Origin: an uncultured Opitutales bacterium
GTDB lineage: Bacteria; Verrucomicrobiota; Verrucomicrobiia; Opitutales; Seribacteraceae
Reading direction: 5' to 3'
NCBI GenBank assembly: GCA_963968595.1
Contig: CAXAHJ010000004.1
Span: 19,273-83,272 of the forward strand
DNA: 64,000 nucleotides
The position numbers and the translations under genes are program-made. The notes beneath the pieces are model-generated. The model was not told the origin of the DNA and did no database searches. It saw only the letters and a program-made list of their open reading frames with translations. Shown piece by piece: positions 27,428 to 38,890 of this stretch. The first letter of the stretch is position 1; every line of letters starts with the position of its first letter.

Positions 27428-28189
27428 TCAAGGTTCGCTCTTCGCTTTTTCAATCGTTTCCAAGCGAGCGGTAAAGCTTCCTACGGCAACCTTGCTGGCC
27501 ATCTTCACGGGAATCCGTCGGGCATCGGCCGAATACCATATTCGGAGGACGCCACGAGGGCTTTTCTTGAAGACTCCTCGGAGATTCTTAAGAGCGGGTG
27601 TCGCCTCGAATACTTCAAATTTGCCTGCTGCGACCCGAAGCTTTTCTTTTTCCTGTACGGCTACCACCACGTTCTGAAGAACCCGACCGTCGCATGTGGG
27701 AAAGGATCGCTTCACGCCAGTTTTGATTTCTCTCAGTCGGAACAAATAGGCAATAGAAAGAGGATCGAAGGAAACAGGTCTGATCGGGATCTCCCGTTCC
27801 AGCTTTCCGTAATTGGAATAGAAAGCCAAGTTGCGATCGTAGTCGAAACGCACGACCACGTCGCGCTCGGTTTTCCCTTCTTGCTGTTTTTTTCGGTATA
27901 ACAACGATCGACGAAAATCGGGAGCTAGATAGCTTTCCGCTCGGGTACGGACTTTATAAAACGCATCGGCGAATTCGTTGGTCCGGACGGAGAGAACGAA
28001 CTTGTGGCAAAGAGTCCCGTTCACCTCCTCGGATGGAGCTACTTCGAGGGTTGCTCTACCGACGGGGATGAGTCCCCATTTGATTTTGTAATGCAGGCGC
28101 TCTCCGGGAACGAAAGGTGGTGACCATTCTTCTCCGAAACCCACACAATAAGGTCCAAGGAAAAGGAAACAGGCAAAACGAAACTTCAC
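27428..28189 (-). CDS. DUF3108 domain protein (secreted)
   Basis: Signal peptide MKFRFACFLFLGPYCVG, then GERLHYKIKWGLIPVGRATLEV, typical of DUF3108. The GTG start overlaps the glgP stop by 1 nt (TAGTG). Confidence 0.7.
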   Translation of the reverse strand: MKFRFACFLFLGPYCVGFGEEWSPPFVPGERLHYKIKWGLIPVGRATLEVAPSEEVNGTLCHKFVLSVRTNEFADAFYKVRTRAESYLAPDFRRSLLYRKKQQEGKTERDVVVRFDYDRNLAFYSNYGKLEREIPIRPVSFDPLSIAYLFRLREIKTGVKRSFPTCDGRVLQNVVVAVQEKEKLRVAAGKFEVFEATPALKNLRGVFKKSPRGVLRIWYSADARRIPVKMASKVAVGSFTARLETIEKAKSEP

Positions 28190-30675
28190 TACTCGACGGG
28201 TATAGGTTCGAGTCCCCAGATCTCTTTGGCATATTCTCGGATCGTCCGGTCAGAAGAGAATTTCCCCGAACGAGCCACGTTGCGAATGGCCATGGCACTC
28301 CATTGTTCATCGTCAGCATAAACGGAATCGGCCTTTTCCTGAGCCTCGACGTAGGCACGGTAGTCGGCGAGAACAAAGTAAGGATCGCCCCAATCGAGCA
28401 AGCTGTGAACGAGATCGGAGAAGACCCCGCTCTCTCCTCCGGTAAAGGTATCGGAACTGAGCCAATCAACCACGGCTTTAAGTTCCTCGTCGGATTCGTA
28501 GACAGCGCGTGGATCGTAGCCGTCTTGACGAAGTTCCTCGATACCTTCGACGGTCTTTCCGAAAATGAATATATTTTCTTCTCCTACCTCGTCCCGGATT
28601 TCGACGTTGGCTCCGTCGAGCGTCCCAATAGTAAGGGCGCCGTTGAGGGCAAACTTCATGTTTCCCGTACCCGAGGCTTCCTTCCCCGCCGTCGAGATTT
28701 GCTCGGACAGATCCGTCGCAGGGATGATTCGTTCGGCTGCGGAAACCCCATAGTTGGGCATAAAGGCGACCTTGATCTTGTCACCGATTCGGGAATCATC
28801 ATTGATTCGACGTCCGACTAGGTTGATGGCTCGAATAATGAGCTTGGCGATATGGTAACCTGGAGCCGCTTTGGCTCCAAATAGAAAGACCCTAGGACGC
28901 ATGTCGAGACCGGGATCGTTCAGCAGGCGACGATACAGAGTGAGTACATGCAAAAGGTTCAGGTGCTGGCGCTTGTATTCGTGCAGACGTTTTATTTGAG
29001 AATCGAAGATGGCGTCGGGATTCACCTTCAACCCAAGTTCAGCAGAAAGGTGATCGGCCAAAAGTTCCTTGTTGCATCGTTTCACCGTCCTGAACTTCTC
29101 TCTAAAGGAAGCGTCCTCCGAATAAGCATCGAGATCACGCAGATGATCCAAATCGGTTACCCAGTCATCCCCAATGGCAGAGGTGATGAGATCGGACAAA
29201 CCCGGATTGCAACCCAGCAACCAACGGCGGGGAGTAATCCCATTGGTTTTGTTGTTAAATTTCAGAGGGTACAGCTCAGCAAATTCGTGGAGTAGGTTTT
29301 CCTTCAGCAGTTTCGTGTGCAACGCGGCCACACCATTTACCGAGCGGCTACCCGCTACGGAAAGGTGAGCCATTTTTATGCATCCGTCTTTGACGATGCT
29401 CATGCTGGATTTTCGTTCTTCGTCGCCTGGCCACTTCGCCTCTATCTCCTCCGCCAAGAAACGACGATTCACCTCCCGGACGAGCTCTAGATGGCGCGGA
29501 AGGACCTTTCCGAAAAGATCTTCTCCCCAAGTCTCCAACGCTTCGGGAAGCAGGGTGTGATTGGTATAAGCGAAAGTACGACGGACAATGTCCCAAGCCG
29601 AGACCCAGACCAAATGCTCCTCATCCACCAAAATCCTCAGAAGTTCCAGAATGGCGACCGACGGGTGAGTATCGTTTAGCTGTATGACCGCCTTGTCGGG
29701 AAATTCCTCCCAGTTCGTATCTTTTTTCCGAAAACGGCGAATCATGTCCCGCAAGGAACAAGTCACAAAAAAATATTGCTGCACGAGTCGCAGTTCCTTA
29801 CCGCTTTCGGTTTCGTCATTCGGGTAAAGAACCTTGGATATGCTTTCACCCAAGGCCTTCTCTCGAACCGCCTCAACGTATCCGCCTTGATTGAAGGTCT
29901 CAAAGTCGAATTCCTGCGAAGCCTTGGACTCCCAAAGCCGGAGGAAGTTGACGGTTTTGGCCCCATACCCGACAATGGCTACATCGTATGGCACGCCCTC
30001 GATCGTCTTGGTCTCGACCCACTTTGGCGAGTAATTCCCGAAACTATCGTAATCATGGGTCACTCGACCGTACAATCGCACGGTCTGTGCGTACTGGGGC
30101 CGTACGATTTCCCACGGATTACCGAACTTCAGCCAGTCGTCGGGACTTTCCATTTGATGACCATCCCGAAAACTCTGCCGGAACAGCCCGAACTGATAGT
30201 GGATGCCGTATCCGATCGCAGGCAGTTCCAGCGTGGCCATCGAATCCAAAAAACACGCGGCCAAGCGGCCTAAACCACCATTGCCCAACCCCATGTCGTG
30301 TTCTTCTTCGCAAAGTTCCTCGAGATCCTGATCCAGTTCCGTCAACGCTTGCCGGACAGGTTCACGTAAACCGCAGTTGTGCAGGTTCACATTCAACAAA
30401 CGCCCCATCAGGTACTCTAGACTGAGATAATATACTCGTTTTGCCCCGGACTTACTGTGAACGGCTTGGGTCTCGATGAAACGATCGATCAATTGGTCTC
30501 GAACCGCAAGTGAGGTGGCCATCCACAATTCTCGTCTTGTGGCATTGGACAAATGGCGAGCCATAGTGAGACGGAGATGGCGCAGGATCGAGGTCTTCAT
30601 TTCCTCGACCAAATCATCTTGCCCGGAAAGCCCGGCATCGACCTGAAGGTCAGGTTCCTTTGTTTGCAAAGTCAT
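28189..30675 (-). CDS. glgP: glycogen/maltodextrin phosphorylase
   Basis: 828 aa. [17 protein letters not shown] and the PLP-lysine motif [27 protein letters not shown]. Confidence 0.95.
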   Translation of the reverse strand: MTLQTKEPDLQVDAGLSGQDDLVEEMKTSILRHLRLTMARHLSNATRRELWMATSLAVRDQLIDRFIETQAVHSKSGAKRVYYLSLEYLMGRLLNVNLHNCGLREPVRQALTELDQDLEELCEEEHDMGLGNGGLGRLAACFLDSMATLELPAIGYGIHYQFGLFRQSFRDGHQMESPDDWLKFGNPWEIVRPQYAQTVRLYGRVTHDYDSFGNYSPKWVETKTIEGVPYDVAIVGYGAKTVNFLRLWESKASQEFDFETFNQGGYVEAVREKALGESISKVLYPNDETESGKELRLVQQYFFVTCSLRDMIRRFRKKDTNWEEFPDKAVIQLNDTHPSVAILELLRILVDEEHLVWVSAWDIVRRTFAYTNHTLLPEALETWGEDLFGKVLPRHLELVREVNRRFLAEEIEAKWPGDEERKSSMSIVKDGCIKMAHLSVAGSRSVNGVAALHTKLLKENLLHEFAELYPLKFNNKTNGITPRRWLLGCNPGLSDLITSAIGDDWVTDLDHLRDLDAYSEDASFREKFRTVKRCNKELLADHLSAELGLKVNPDAIFDSQIKRLHEYKRQHLNLLHVLTLYRRLLNDPGLDMRPRVFLFGAKAAPGYHIAKLIIRAINLVGRRINDDSRIGDKIKVAFMPNYGVSAAERIIPATDLSEQISTAGKEASGTGNMKFALNGALTIGTLDGANVEIRDEVGEENIFIFGKTVEGIEELRQDGYDPRAVYESDEELKAVVDWLSSDTFTGGESGVFSDLVHSLLDWGDPYFVLADYRAYVEAQEKADSVYADDEQWSAMAIRNVARSGKFSSDRTIREYAKEIWGLEPIPVE

Positions 30676-30810
30676 AGTGTTAAGAAGCGCTTAGAGAAAA
30701 ACAGCATATAAGGTAAACTAACCTCACCAAAGTGAAGTAGCAAGGCTGAGGCCAAGCTTTATCGAACGGTGAAAGTAGTCGAAAGCTTGTTCGCAGGGAA
30801 AAGCGAATCG

Positions 30811-32073
30811 TTACTCGGCTCGAAACTTGTGAACGATAACGTGCTTATAGGTTTCGCCGGGCTTGAGCACACAGGACTTCCATCCCTCTTCGCCTTGATG
30901 GTTTGGGCTATCCGGAAACACTTGGGTTTCGAGGCATAGACCCGAACGATGTGGATAAGGTTTCCCGCTCTTCCCAACAAGTGTGCCATCGAGATAGTTG
31001 CCTGTGTAAAACTGAATCCCCGGTTGGTCGGTATGGATTTCCATTACACGCCCACTGCTTAAATCCTTCAAGGTAACGGCATGAGCAAGTCCGTCATCGT
31101 CACGACGAATAACCCAAGTGTGGTCGTAGCCCTTGCCGAACTTCAATTGGTTGTGATCACCTTCGACGCGGGCACCAATCTTGTGGAAAGTACGAAAGTC
31201 CATGGGAGTCCCCACGACCGGGGTGATGGCAGTCGGAATGTTTGTATCGTCGGTCGCCACGAAATGATCGGACATTATGCTCAACTCGTGTTCGAGAATG
31301 GTTGGGGCACCCTCACCGGCCAAGTTGAAATAGGTGTGGTTCGTGAGGTTGAGAACGGTCGGCTTGTCCGTGGTCGCCTTGTAGTCGATGCGCAACTCGT
31401 TGTCGTTGGTCAGGGTATAGGTCACCTTGCATACGAGTGCCCCGGGGTATCCTTCCTCACCATCCGGACTAGTCCGCGTGAAGGTAACGGCGATATCATC
31501 CTCGTTCACTTCGGCAGCCCATAGACGTTTGTCGAAACCTTTTACTCCACCGTGCAAGTGATTTTTACCATTGTTTGCGGCAAGGCTATATTTCTTGCCT
31601 TCGAGAGTGAAGTTGCCATCGGCTATGCGGTTTGCATATCGCCCCGTAATGCATCCAAAATACGGACTCTTCTCTTGGTATTCAGCCAATGTTTTGAAGC
31701 CCAAGGCGACGTCCCCGAACTTCCCATTGCGGTCGGGAGCGAGAATACTTACGACGGTTCCACCGTAATCAGATACCTTGACCTTCATTCCGTTGGCATT
31801 GGCCAAGGTGTAAAGGGATGCTTTCTTACCATCGGGCATTTCGCCAAAAGATTGCTTGGAAACTGACATGGGAGGAATTTCTACTGAAGAATTCTTGTTC
31901 AAGCCAAGAGCCTTCTTGGTCGAACCATAGGCTTTTTTAGATTTTTCGGAAATGAAGGAACCAGTTTTTTTGAAGCCGGACTTGGTTTTTTCTCCGATTT
32001 CGGAAAGAGTGCAACCGGCGGCAAGGGCGGCTATGCAGGCGGAGAAGACAAGGGCTTGAGTCGACGTTTTCAT
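30811..32073 (-). CDS. galM: aldose 1-epimerase (mutarotase) with lipoprotein signal and Lys/Ser-rich N-terminal linker
   Basis: ATG 32073 gives MKTSTQALVFSACIAALAAGC (lipobox). The mutarotase core shows GRYANRIADG, NHLHGG, TNHTYFNL and LCLETQ. Confidence 0.85.
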   Translation of the reverse strand: MKTSTQALVFSACIAALAAGCTLSEIGEKTKSGFKKTGSFISEKSKKAYGSTKKALGLNKNSSVEIPPMSVSKQSFGEMPDGKKASLYTLANANGMKVKVSDYGGTVVSILAPDRNGKFGDVALGFKTLAEYQEKSPYFGCITGRYANRIADGNFTLEGKKYSLAANNGKNHLHGGVKGFDKRLWAAEVNEDDIAVTFTRTSPDGEEGYPGALVCKVTYTLTNDNELRIDYKATTDKPTVLNLTNHTYFNLAGEGAPTILEHELSIMSDHFVATDDTNIPTAITPVVGTPMDFRTFHKIGARVEGDHNQLKFGKGYDHTWVIRRDDDGLAHAVTLKDLSSGRVMEIHTDQPGIQFYTGNYLDGTLVGKSGKPYPHRSGLCLETQVFPDSPNHQGEEGWKSCVLKPGETYKHVIVHKFRAE

Positions 32074-32203
32074 GGTTGAGTCCGTTAGACGGGTTCGCAT
32101 TTGTAGTTTGAAAGTTAAAAGTTTGCTTAACTTGTAAAAAGTATGGGTTGCGGGCAAGCACGGAACTGAAGATTATCCTGAAACGGACGAAATACTTGCC
32201 GAA

Positions 32204-34030
32204 TTACAGGGTACGCCCAAAATGTTTTTTCCACTCTCGCCAAGGATGCTCGACATAGGTGGGGCGGCCCTGCGGACAGGTCAACGGGTTGCGGCACCGC
32301 AGCAGTTGTTCCGCCAAGCGAATCACTTCTCCATCGGCAAAATCATCACCTGCTGCCCGTCCTCGAACCACGGCCAACCTAGCAATTTCCTCTTGAGCGA
32401 CCGAACCTGCGGCCGATCCGCCAGCACGACGCGCGAGATCAAGAAAATCGCGCAGGAAGGAAATCGACTCACCCGGTTCGATCCACGCGGGACAAGCCTC
32501 CACACGATAAAAATTTCTGCCAAACTCCTCAATCGTAAAGCCTTGGTTACTCAATTCAGGCAAAGCCGACTCCAAAATTCCGGCCTCCACTCCGTCGAGT
32601 TCGATGGGCTCGGGGATCAAGAGAGTCTGGCTTTCGGCCGACTTACCCAACGCCAATGCATCCTCCACTTGCTCCAGTCGTACACGCTCATACGCTGCCC
32701 GGCAATGAAAGGCGACCACCCCGGCATCCGTGGAAAACAAAACGAGGTCGCCCTGCACGCGTCCCAAGAAACGCCAAACCACTCCCGGGTCGTCACGGAA
32801 GCCAACTCTCTTTCGAACCTCCTCCGCCTCAAGTTTCTCCTCGGGCGGCAGACTAACGTCGGTTACTGGGGATTCACTGGCAGACAACACTTCTCCCATG
32901 GTAACCGAGGCACCTTCGGTATCGGGATTGCTCTCATTAATCCGTGGCACTGGAAGGGCCGAGGAATCCAGACGTGGCAAAACAAACTCTTTCTCGCCGG
33001 AATCATCTACGGGAGCAATTCCTTGGATACGGGCATCGCTCGAAAGTTCCCGCAAACGATCCAGCACTGTGCGAATGACGAACCCTCGGACCTTTCCCTC
33101 CTCGCGAAAACGCAGCTCACGTTTCGCTGGATGAACATTTACGTCCACCGCGGCCGGATCGATTTCCAAAAACAACGCCACCGGCGGATAGCGGCCCTTG
33201 GGTACGTAGGTATGGTAAGCTTCAATCAGGGAATAGGCCAACGTCTTGCTTTCCACAGGCCTTCGATTTACGAAAAAAAGCATTTCCTTGCGGGTAGACC
33301 TCCCCTTCCCCGGCTTAGCCAGCAATCCGTGCAGGCGATAGCCGTCTCCCTCCCCTTCCACGGGTTCCATATCCTCGGCCAGACCTCGGCCAAAGATTTC
33401 ATGTACCCGGTCCTTCAGGTCGGAACAAGTCGGTGAACGAAAAATCGTGCGACCTGACTCGAGCAAGGTGAAGGATATTTCAGGATGGGCCAACGCATAC
33501 AGCCTCGCCAAGTGGCAGATATGGGCGGACTCGGTTGCGTCCGTCTTGAGAAACTTTCGTCTCGCGGGTACGGAGTTAAACAACTGGGCCACCTCGATCC
33601 GGGTGCCCTCGGGCATCCCGCAATCCTTGTTGTGGATCATTTTGCCACCGTTAAGAAAGATTTCTCTGCCCGCTTCTTCGCCGGCGGCCCGGGTGCGAAG
33701 CGTAAATCGGCTCACACTGGCAATGGAAGGCAGAGCCTCCCCACGAAAGCCGAAGGAAGTAACGAGAAGCAGGTCGTCCGCTTCCCGAATTTTGCTGGTG
33801 GCATGACGTTCGAGGCAAAGCAGGGCTTCGTCCGGATTCATGCCCTTTCCGTTATCCTCCACTCGCAGGTAGGCCTTTCCTCCATTGCGATACTCCACCT
33901 CGATTTGCGTAGCCCCGGCATCAATGCTGTTCTCCACCAATTCCTTGGCCACTGCAGCTGGGCGCTCCACAACCTCGCCTGCAGCAATCTGGTTAGCTAC
34001 GCGGTCGGGCAAAATACGTATGGAAGGCAT
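32204..34030 (-). CDS. mutL: DNA mismatch repair protein MutL
   Basis: [51 protein letters not shown] and a C-terminal dimerisation domain. Confidence 0.95.
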   Translation of the reverse strand: MPSIRILPDRVANQIAAGEVVERPAAVAKELVENSIDAGATQIEVEYRNGGKAYLRVEDNGKGMNPDEALLCLERHATSKIREADDLLLVTSFGFRGEALPSIASVSRFTLRTRAAGEEAGREIFLNGGKMIHNKDCGMPEGTRIEVAQLFNSVPARRKFLKTDATESAHICHLARLYALAHPEISFTLLESGRTIFRSPTCSDLKDRVHEIFGRGLAEDMEPVEGEGDGYRLHGLLAKPGKGRSTRKEMLFFVNRRPVESKTLAYSLIEAYHTYVPKGRYPPVALFLEIDPAAVDVNVHPAKRELRFREEGKVRGFVIRTVLDRLRELSSDARIQGIAPVDDSGEKEFVLPRLDSSALPVPRINESNPDTEGASVTMGEVLSASESPVTDVSLPPEEKLEAEEVRKRVGFRDDPGVVWRFLGRVQGDLVLFSTDAGVVAFHCRAAYERVRLEQVEDALALGKSAESQTLLIPEPIELDGVEAGILESALPELSNQGFTIEEFGRNFYRVEACPAWIEPGESISFLRDFLDLARRAGGSAAGSVAQEEIARLAVVRGRAAGDDFADGEVIRLAEQLLRCRNPLTCPQGRPTYVEHPWREWKKHFGRTL

Positions 34031-34120
34031 CGGAATCCACTCGTAAGGGGAAGCAGCAAAGTCCTCAACGGGAAAACGTCGAAAGACCTTTCAAGCTTGG
34101 GCAAAGAGCGGAACTCCAAT

Positions 34121-36163
34121 ATGAGTTTATTGCCACAACTCATGTCGAATCGTCTCGAAAAAGAATCCAGCCTCTACCTGCGTCAACACGCCGAAAACCC
34201 CGTGCACTGGTATCCGTGGGGAGAGGAAGCCTTTGCCGCTGCCCGCGAGCAAGACAAGCCCCTCCTAGTGTCCATCGGTTACTCCGCCTGCCACTGGTGT
34301 CACGTCATGGCTCACGAATCGTTCGAGGATTCCTACGTGGCGGACATCATGAACAACCATTTCATTTGCGTGAAAGTCGATCGCGAGGAACGACCTGACG
34401 TAGATCACGTTTACGTCGAGGCGGTTCAAATGTTCAACCAGTCGGCAGGTTGGCCGCTCAACGTGTTCTGCCTTCCCGACGGAAAACCCTTCTGGGGCGG
34501 CACTTATTTCCCTCCCGAGGACAAGGGGCAGGGAATCGTTCCGTGGCCACAGCTTCTCATGCGCATAGCCGACCATTACAAACGCACGAAGGATGAAATG
34601 GTCGAGAACGCGGAAAACGTGGTGAAGAACCTCGTTCACGCCAACGACGCCCAATCCTCCGGCGAGGATGAATGGAATCACGGTCTCCTCTTAGAAGCAG
34701 CAAGGGCCCTCTGCAGTTCTCATGACGACGAGCATGGAGGCTTCACCCCCGCTCCAAAGTTTCCTTCCCCCATGAAGATGGACTTCTTGCTCGCCCTCCG
34801 CGAATCCCACGCTTGCTCGCAAACTTCCGGCATGGGCGAGCGGATAGACGCCGTTGCGCACAAGACCCTTACCGCCATGGGCCGAGGGGGTCTCTTCGAT
34901 CAAGTGGGTGGTGGTTTCGCTCGTTACAGCGTGGATGCCGAATGGAAAATTCCGCATTTCGAGAAAATGCTCTACGACAACGCCCTCCTGCTCGCCACCT
35001 ATGCTCGGGCCATGCGTCGCCAACCCGATCCGCTATTTGCAGCCGTAGCCGAGGAAACCGTGACATGGCTACGCCAAGACATGCTGTCTCCGGAAGGAGG
35101 TTTTTACTCCAGCCGCGACGCCGATAGCGAAGGCGAGGAAGGCAAGCACTATGCGTGGACGCCCGAGCAGATCAAAGAAATCCTCGGCGAAGATGACGGC
35201 GCGACTTTCTGCGAAGCTTACGATGTCACGGCTGAAGGCAACTTCGAGCAAGAGACGTCCAACCCCGTATTGCTTACCGACGACTTCGAGAAGCGCCAAG
35301 CTCTCGCGCCCCTCCGCGCAAAGCTCCTCGAGACTCGCTCCGAACGTCCAGCCCCCGCTCGCGATGAAAAGCAAGTCGCGGCGTGGAACGCACTGCTCAT
35401 TCGAGGCTTGGCCGAGGCAGGATTCGCCTTTGGCCGGAAGGAATGGCTCACCCTCGCCCGCGAAACGGCCGACTGGGTCTGGAACAACCTGCGCGACAAG
35501 GACGGAAACCTCCACGCCGTCCGCTACCCAGGCAAAAACGCGACCGGACCCGGCTTCCTCGACGATTACGCCTTCCTCGCCGAGGCCCTCCTCACTCTCG
35601 CCTCCTTCGTCGACTGGATCGAACCCGGCGCATCCGCCACCTATCAGGCTCAGGCCATCGAGCTGGCCGAGATCGCCTTCGCCCGTTTTCGCGATCCCAA
35701 GCTACCCGGCTTTTTCTTTACCGCCGATGATCAAGAAGCACCCGCTCAAGCCAGGAAAAAGCTCTGGTACGACAACGCCCTTCCCTCCGGCAACTCCTCC
35801 CTCTTGCGGGTATTCGCCTCACTTCATCAACTAACGGGGGAGGAACGTTGGTTTCGAAAATTCTCAGAGGCTAGAGCCGCCTATCCCAATCTCGCTCGAC
35901 GCGTGCCGCAGGGAATCGGGCACGCCCTCGCCGCTCTTGCAGAACAGGCCATAGGCATCACGGTCATAAAGATAAAGGACGCCCCCGTCGAACCGCTGGT
36001 CGAAGTCATTCGTCAAAAACCCTACCGTCTCGTTCACCTGCGAATCACGGAAGACGCCGAACAACCGACAGGATACCAGCTCTGCGTGGGAACGGAATGC
36101 AAAGAACGTTCCGAGGATGTCTCGGAAATCGCTCGCCTGCTATACGGCGAGGAAGAAGCGTAA
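34121..36163 (+). CDS. thioredoxin-domain protein of the YyaL/DUF255 type
   Basis: ATG 34121 gives [70 protein letters not shown]. The long upstream extension of the ORF (33485-34120) is antisense to mutL and I discard it. Confidence 0.85.
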   Translation: MSLLPQLMSNRLEKESSLYLRQHAENPVHWYPWGEEAFAAAREQDKPLLVSIGYSACHWCHVMAHESFEDSYVADIMNNHFICVKVDREERPDVDHVYVEAVQMFNQSAGWPLNVFCLPDGKPFWGGTYFPPEDKGQGIVPWPQLLMRIADHYKRTKDEMVENAENVVKNLVHANDAQSSGEDEWNHGLLLEAARALCSSHDDEHGGFTPAPKFPSPMKMDFLLALRESHACSQTSGMGERIDAVAHKTLTAMGRGGLFDQVGGGFARYSVDAEWKIPHFEKMLYDNALLLATYARAMRRQPDPLFAAVAEETVTWLRQDMLSPEGGFYSSRDADSEGEEGKHYAWTPEQIKEILGEDDGATFCEAYDVTAEGNFEQETSNPVLLTDDFEKRQALAPLRAKLLETRSERPAPARDEKQVAAWNALLIRGLAEAGFAFGRKEWLTLARETADWVWNNLRDKDGNLHAVRYPGKNATGPGFLDDYAFLAEALLTLASFVDWIEPGASATYQAQAIELAEIAFARFRDPKLPGFFFTADDQEAPAQARKKLWYDNALPSGNSSLLRVFASLHQLTGEERWFRKFSEARAAYPNLARRVPQGIGHALAALAEQAIGITVIKIKDAPVEPLVEVIRQKPYRLVHLRITEDAEQPTGYQLCVGTECKERSEDVSEIARLLYGEEEA

Positions 36164-36169
36164 GGAAAC

Positions 36170-36448
36170 TTAGCCCTTTTCCAGCATCTTCGCCAAAAGG
36201 CGACTCTGCGTCCGACCATCTTCCTTGACCACCTTGTCCGCGACCTCCATGAGATCGTACGCCTCGTCGTGCAGCGAACTGTGAGCCACGGCGATCGCAG
36301 CTCGAATCAGCTTGGAGTCAGTTTTTATTCGTTGACCCGTCTTGGAAATTATCCGCTCGATCCCGTCCAGCAAAGACAAGTCTTCCGCCGTCAAGGTGAT
36401 CGTGCGTACGATGCGCTTAGGTAATTTCGAGTCGTTTTCGTCTGCCAT
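36170..36448 (-). CDS. small hypothetical protein (possible ribbon-helix-helix fold)
   Basis: 92-aa ORF with ATG at 36448. RIVRTITLTAEDLSLLDGIERII...SKLIRAAIAVA has a strand-helix-helix appearance. No partner toxin gene is adjacent. Confidence 0.4.
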   Translation of the reverse strand: MADENDSKLPKRIVRTITLTAEDLSLLDGIERIISKTGQRIKTDSKLIRAAIAVAHSSLHDEAYDLMEVADKVVKEDGRTQSRLLAKMLEKG

Positions 36449-36568
36449 GTCTATTTAATTAGTGGAAAATACTATTTACCTCAAGTACTCCGAAAAGTCA
36501 ACTGCGTGAACAAAGCAGGAAGGAAGGATTTGCCTTTGCCCACCGAAGGCGCTTGAATAGAATCGGTG

Positions 36569-37471
36569 ATGGAGGTGGTGGCTACTAATTACGTGTTGGA
36601 TTTCGCTGAGTTCGAAACGAACTTGTGGATGATTCTCTTTTACACCATCCCCGCTTCGATTGCTCTTTGGCAGGGCTTGCAAGGGTGGCGACAAGGGCTC
36701 ACCCGAAAAGTCGTAGCCCTGCTCTCATTGGCCGCAGCGTTTGCCGCAGCGTGGCACGGCGGTGAATACGTGCTCGGCATGCTTCCCGCCAACGAGCCCT
36801 CCCACCCCTTCGCCCGCGACCTCGCCGGTTCCGCCATTGCCGGTCTCGGCACCTACGTCGTGCTTCGCCTGCTCGCCATTGCCATACTTTTTCGAGGAGA
36901 AAGCGACATCAGCTTCCTCGATCGTCTGGGCGGTCTAGTGGTGGGCTTGGGCATAGCAGGACTCTGGATTCTGGCATCGGGCTTGTCCGTGCGCTACGTA
37001 GCCACGGTACTGGAAACCTCCATCTACTCAGCCACACCCGAAGACGGTTCCCCCACGGAAACCATCGAGAAGCACGCTCCCGAGCAAAACCCCATCGTTC
37101 GGGCCTTTCTCTACTGGAACCAACGCTCCGGTGAAACCGGAGTCGGTGAAAAGATCGAGCAAGCCGACCCCATCGCACCCTCCTTTTACGAGAACAGCCG
37201 AAACCTCGTCCTACTTTCGCGTAGCCCGACAGCCATGGCGAGACTCGCCGCAGATCCAAAGGTCGGTGAATTCCTGAACGACGATCCGTCCATCAAGGAA
37301 CTCGCCGCCGACAAGGAGGTCGTAACCTTGATCGAGAAACGCAGCTGGCTCGACCTCCTACGTCATCCCAAGGTCTATTCCACCCTTCGCGACGATGCCT
37401 TCCTCCAACGTCTCAGAGAAAGCGGACTCGATCGAGCGATGGCCGAAGCCGTAAAGGAAAATACCGGATAA
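36569..37471 (+). CDS. CvpA-family-like membrane protein with soluble C-terminal region
   Basis: Four hydrophobic segments. The N-terminus NLWMILFYTIPASIALWQGLQGWRQGLTRKVVALLSLAAAFAAAW resembles the CvpA pattern (D.i....il.....G..rG). GTG 36566 and ATG 36569 are both possible starts. Confidence 0.55.
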   Translation: MEVVATNYVLDFAEFETNLWMILFYTIPASIALWQGLQGWRQGLTRKVVALLSLAAAFAAAWHGGEYVLGMLPANEPSHPFARDLAGSAIAGLGTYVVLRLLAIAILFRGESDISFLDRLGGLVVGLGIAGLWILASGLSVRYVATVLETSIYSATPEDGSPTETIEKHAPEQNPIVRAFLYWNQRSGETGVGEKIEQADPIAPSFYENSRNLVLLSRSPTAMARLAADPKVGEFLNDDPSIKELAADKEVVTLIEKRSWLDLLRHPKVYSTLRDDAFLQRLRESGLDRAMAEAVKENTG

Positions 37472-37476
37472 CCATC

Positions 37477-37827
37477 ATGAGCCAATACATCGCCATGAAC
37501 CGCTTCAAGATCGTCAAGGGGCATGAGTCCGACTTCGAGGAAATCTGGAAGACCCGCAACACCTACCTCGACGGATCACCCGGTTTCATCGAGTTCAACC
37601 TACTTCGAGGACCCGAACGCGAAGATCATGTCCTCTACGCTTCCCACACCTTATGGGAATCGGAATCCGCCTTCGTGGACTGGACAAACTCGGGAGCCTT
37701 TCGGCAGGCCCATGCAGGTGCCGGTAAACGCGGCCACCTCTATTTGGGTCATCCCGATTTCGAAGGGTTCGAAACCATCGACGGCACCACACGAAGGAAC
37801 GGGGGCAATCTCCCCTGCCCCGACTAA
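37477..37827 (+). CDS. antibiotic-biosynthesis-monooxygenase (ABM) domain protein
   Basis: YIAMNRFKIVKGHESDFEEIWKTRNTYLDGSPGFIEFNLLRG...YASHTLWESESAFVDWTNSGAFRQAH has a ferredoxin-like ABM signature. Confidence 0.7.
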   Translation: MSQYIAMNRFKIVKGHESDFEEIWKTRNTYLDGSPGFIEFNLLRGPEREDHVLYASHTLWESESAFVDWTNSGAFRQAHAGAGKRGHLYLGHPDFEGFETIDGTTRRNGGNLPCPD

Positions 37828-37834
37828 CGGAAAG

Positions 37835-38797
37835 TCATGAGTTCAACTTCTCGGAGAGCAGGTCTTCGAGCTTACGGACATCGGCGGCGAACCTGCGTAT
37901 GCCTTCGGCCAGTTTTTCGGTGGCCATTGGGTCTTCGTTGAGGAGGAAGCGAAAGGCGTTTTCGTCCATGTGAATCTTCTCGAGGTTGGAAGCGTGGGCC
38001 TTCTCTTCCGTGAGCTTGACGGAGACCGGTTCGTGGTCGTTTTGCATTTCCTCGAGAAGGTTCGGACTGATGGTGAGAAGATCGCAACCGAACAGCTCTT
38101 TGATTTCCCCGGAATTGCGAAAACTGGCGCCCATCACCTCGGTCTCGTGACCGAATTTCTTGTAGTAGTTATATATTGCGGTGACGGATTGTACGCCGGG
38201 ATCGTCGGCTCCGTGAAAATCCTTGCCCGAAGATGCCTTGTGCCAATCTAGAATGCGACCCACGAAGGGGGATATGAGCTGGGAACCGGCCTCGGCGCAA
38301 GCGATGGCCTGAGCATGGGAAAAGAGGAGAGTCATGTTGCAGTGAATGCCCTCTTGCTCGAGCACGCGTGAGGTCTCGACGCCTTCCCAGGTAGTGGCAA
38401 GCTTGATGAGGATGCGATCGCGAGAGTGGCCGGCGGCCTCGTACATTGAAATGAGTTTGCGGGCCTTGGCCAAGCTGGCCTCGACGTTGAAGGAGAGACG
38501 GGCGTCGACCTCGGTGGAGACACGACCGGGAACGATAGCTAGTATTTCCGTGCCGAACCTTACGAGCAGGCGGTCCATGACTTCGTCGACGTCCGACACG
38601 CCCTCTGACTTTGCAGTGGAGACGACCTCGCCTACGAGGCCCGCATAGGCTTCTTGAGAAGCGGCCTTGAGGATGAGGCTCGGGTTGGTGGTAGCGTCTC
38701 GCGGTTCGTACTCGCGAATGGACTCGAAGTCGCCCGTGTCGGCGACGACGATGGTGTGTTGCTTTAGCTGGTCGAGGACGGAGGGAGAATCGCTCAT
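37835..38797 (-). CDS. tal: transaldolase
   Basis: [35 protein letters not shown], and the Schiff-base lysine context [11 protein letters not shown]. Confidence 0.95.
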   Translation of the reverse strand: MSDSPSVLDQLKQHTIVVADTGDFESIREYEPRDATTNPSLILKAASQEAYAGLVGEVVSTAKSEGVSDVDEVMDRLLVRFGTEILAIVPGRVSTEVDARLSFNVEASLAKARKLISMYEAAGHSRDRILIKLATTWEGVETSRVLEQEGIHCNMTLLFSHAQAIACAEAGSQLISPFVGRILDWHKASSGKDFHGADDPGVQSVTAIYNYYKKFGHETEVMGASFRNSGEIKELFGCDLLTISPNLLEEMQNDHEPVSVKLTEEKAHASNLEKIHMDENAFRFLLNEDPMATEKLAEGIRRFAADVRKLEDLLSEKLNS

Positions 38798-38821
38798 GAG
38801 GACTGGGTGTTGGTGGTGTGA

Positions 38822-38860
38822 GTAAACGAAAACGGCCCGAGGATTAGAGTCTCGGGCCGT
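38822..38860 (-). terminator. intercistronic stem-loop / candidate intrinsic terminator between fba and tal
   Basis: Perfect 10-bp inverted repeat ACGGCCCGAG (38832-38841) and CTCGGGCCGT (38851-38860) with a 9-nt loop. On the minus strand it is followed by TTTCGTTTAC. It ends only 24 nt upstream of the tal start. Confidence 0.55.
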
Positions 38861-38890
38861 CTTGAAAAGGTCATTTTGTCGGGAGCAGTA

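Noticed and set aside
28117-28821. 234-aa ORF on the plus strand
   Set aside because: It is antisense to the glgP / DUF3108 junction. Shadow ORF.
32222-33436. 404-aa ORF on the plus strand
   Set aside because: It is entirely antisense to mutL, whose motifs are unambiguous. Its translation is low-complexity and R/S/P/G-rich with no motifs. This is a typical shadow ORF.
33485-34120. Upstream extension making the YyaL-type ORF 892 aa
   Set aside because: The extension is antisense to the 5' part of mutL and carries no thioredoxin-family sequence. The recognisable protein starts at ATG 34121.
35151-35834. 227-aa Pro/Ser/Arg-rich alternative-frame ORF
   Set aside because: It lies inside the YyaL-type gene in another frame, and its composition is typical of off-frame translation of GC-rich coding DNA.
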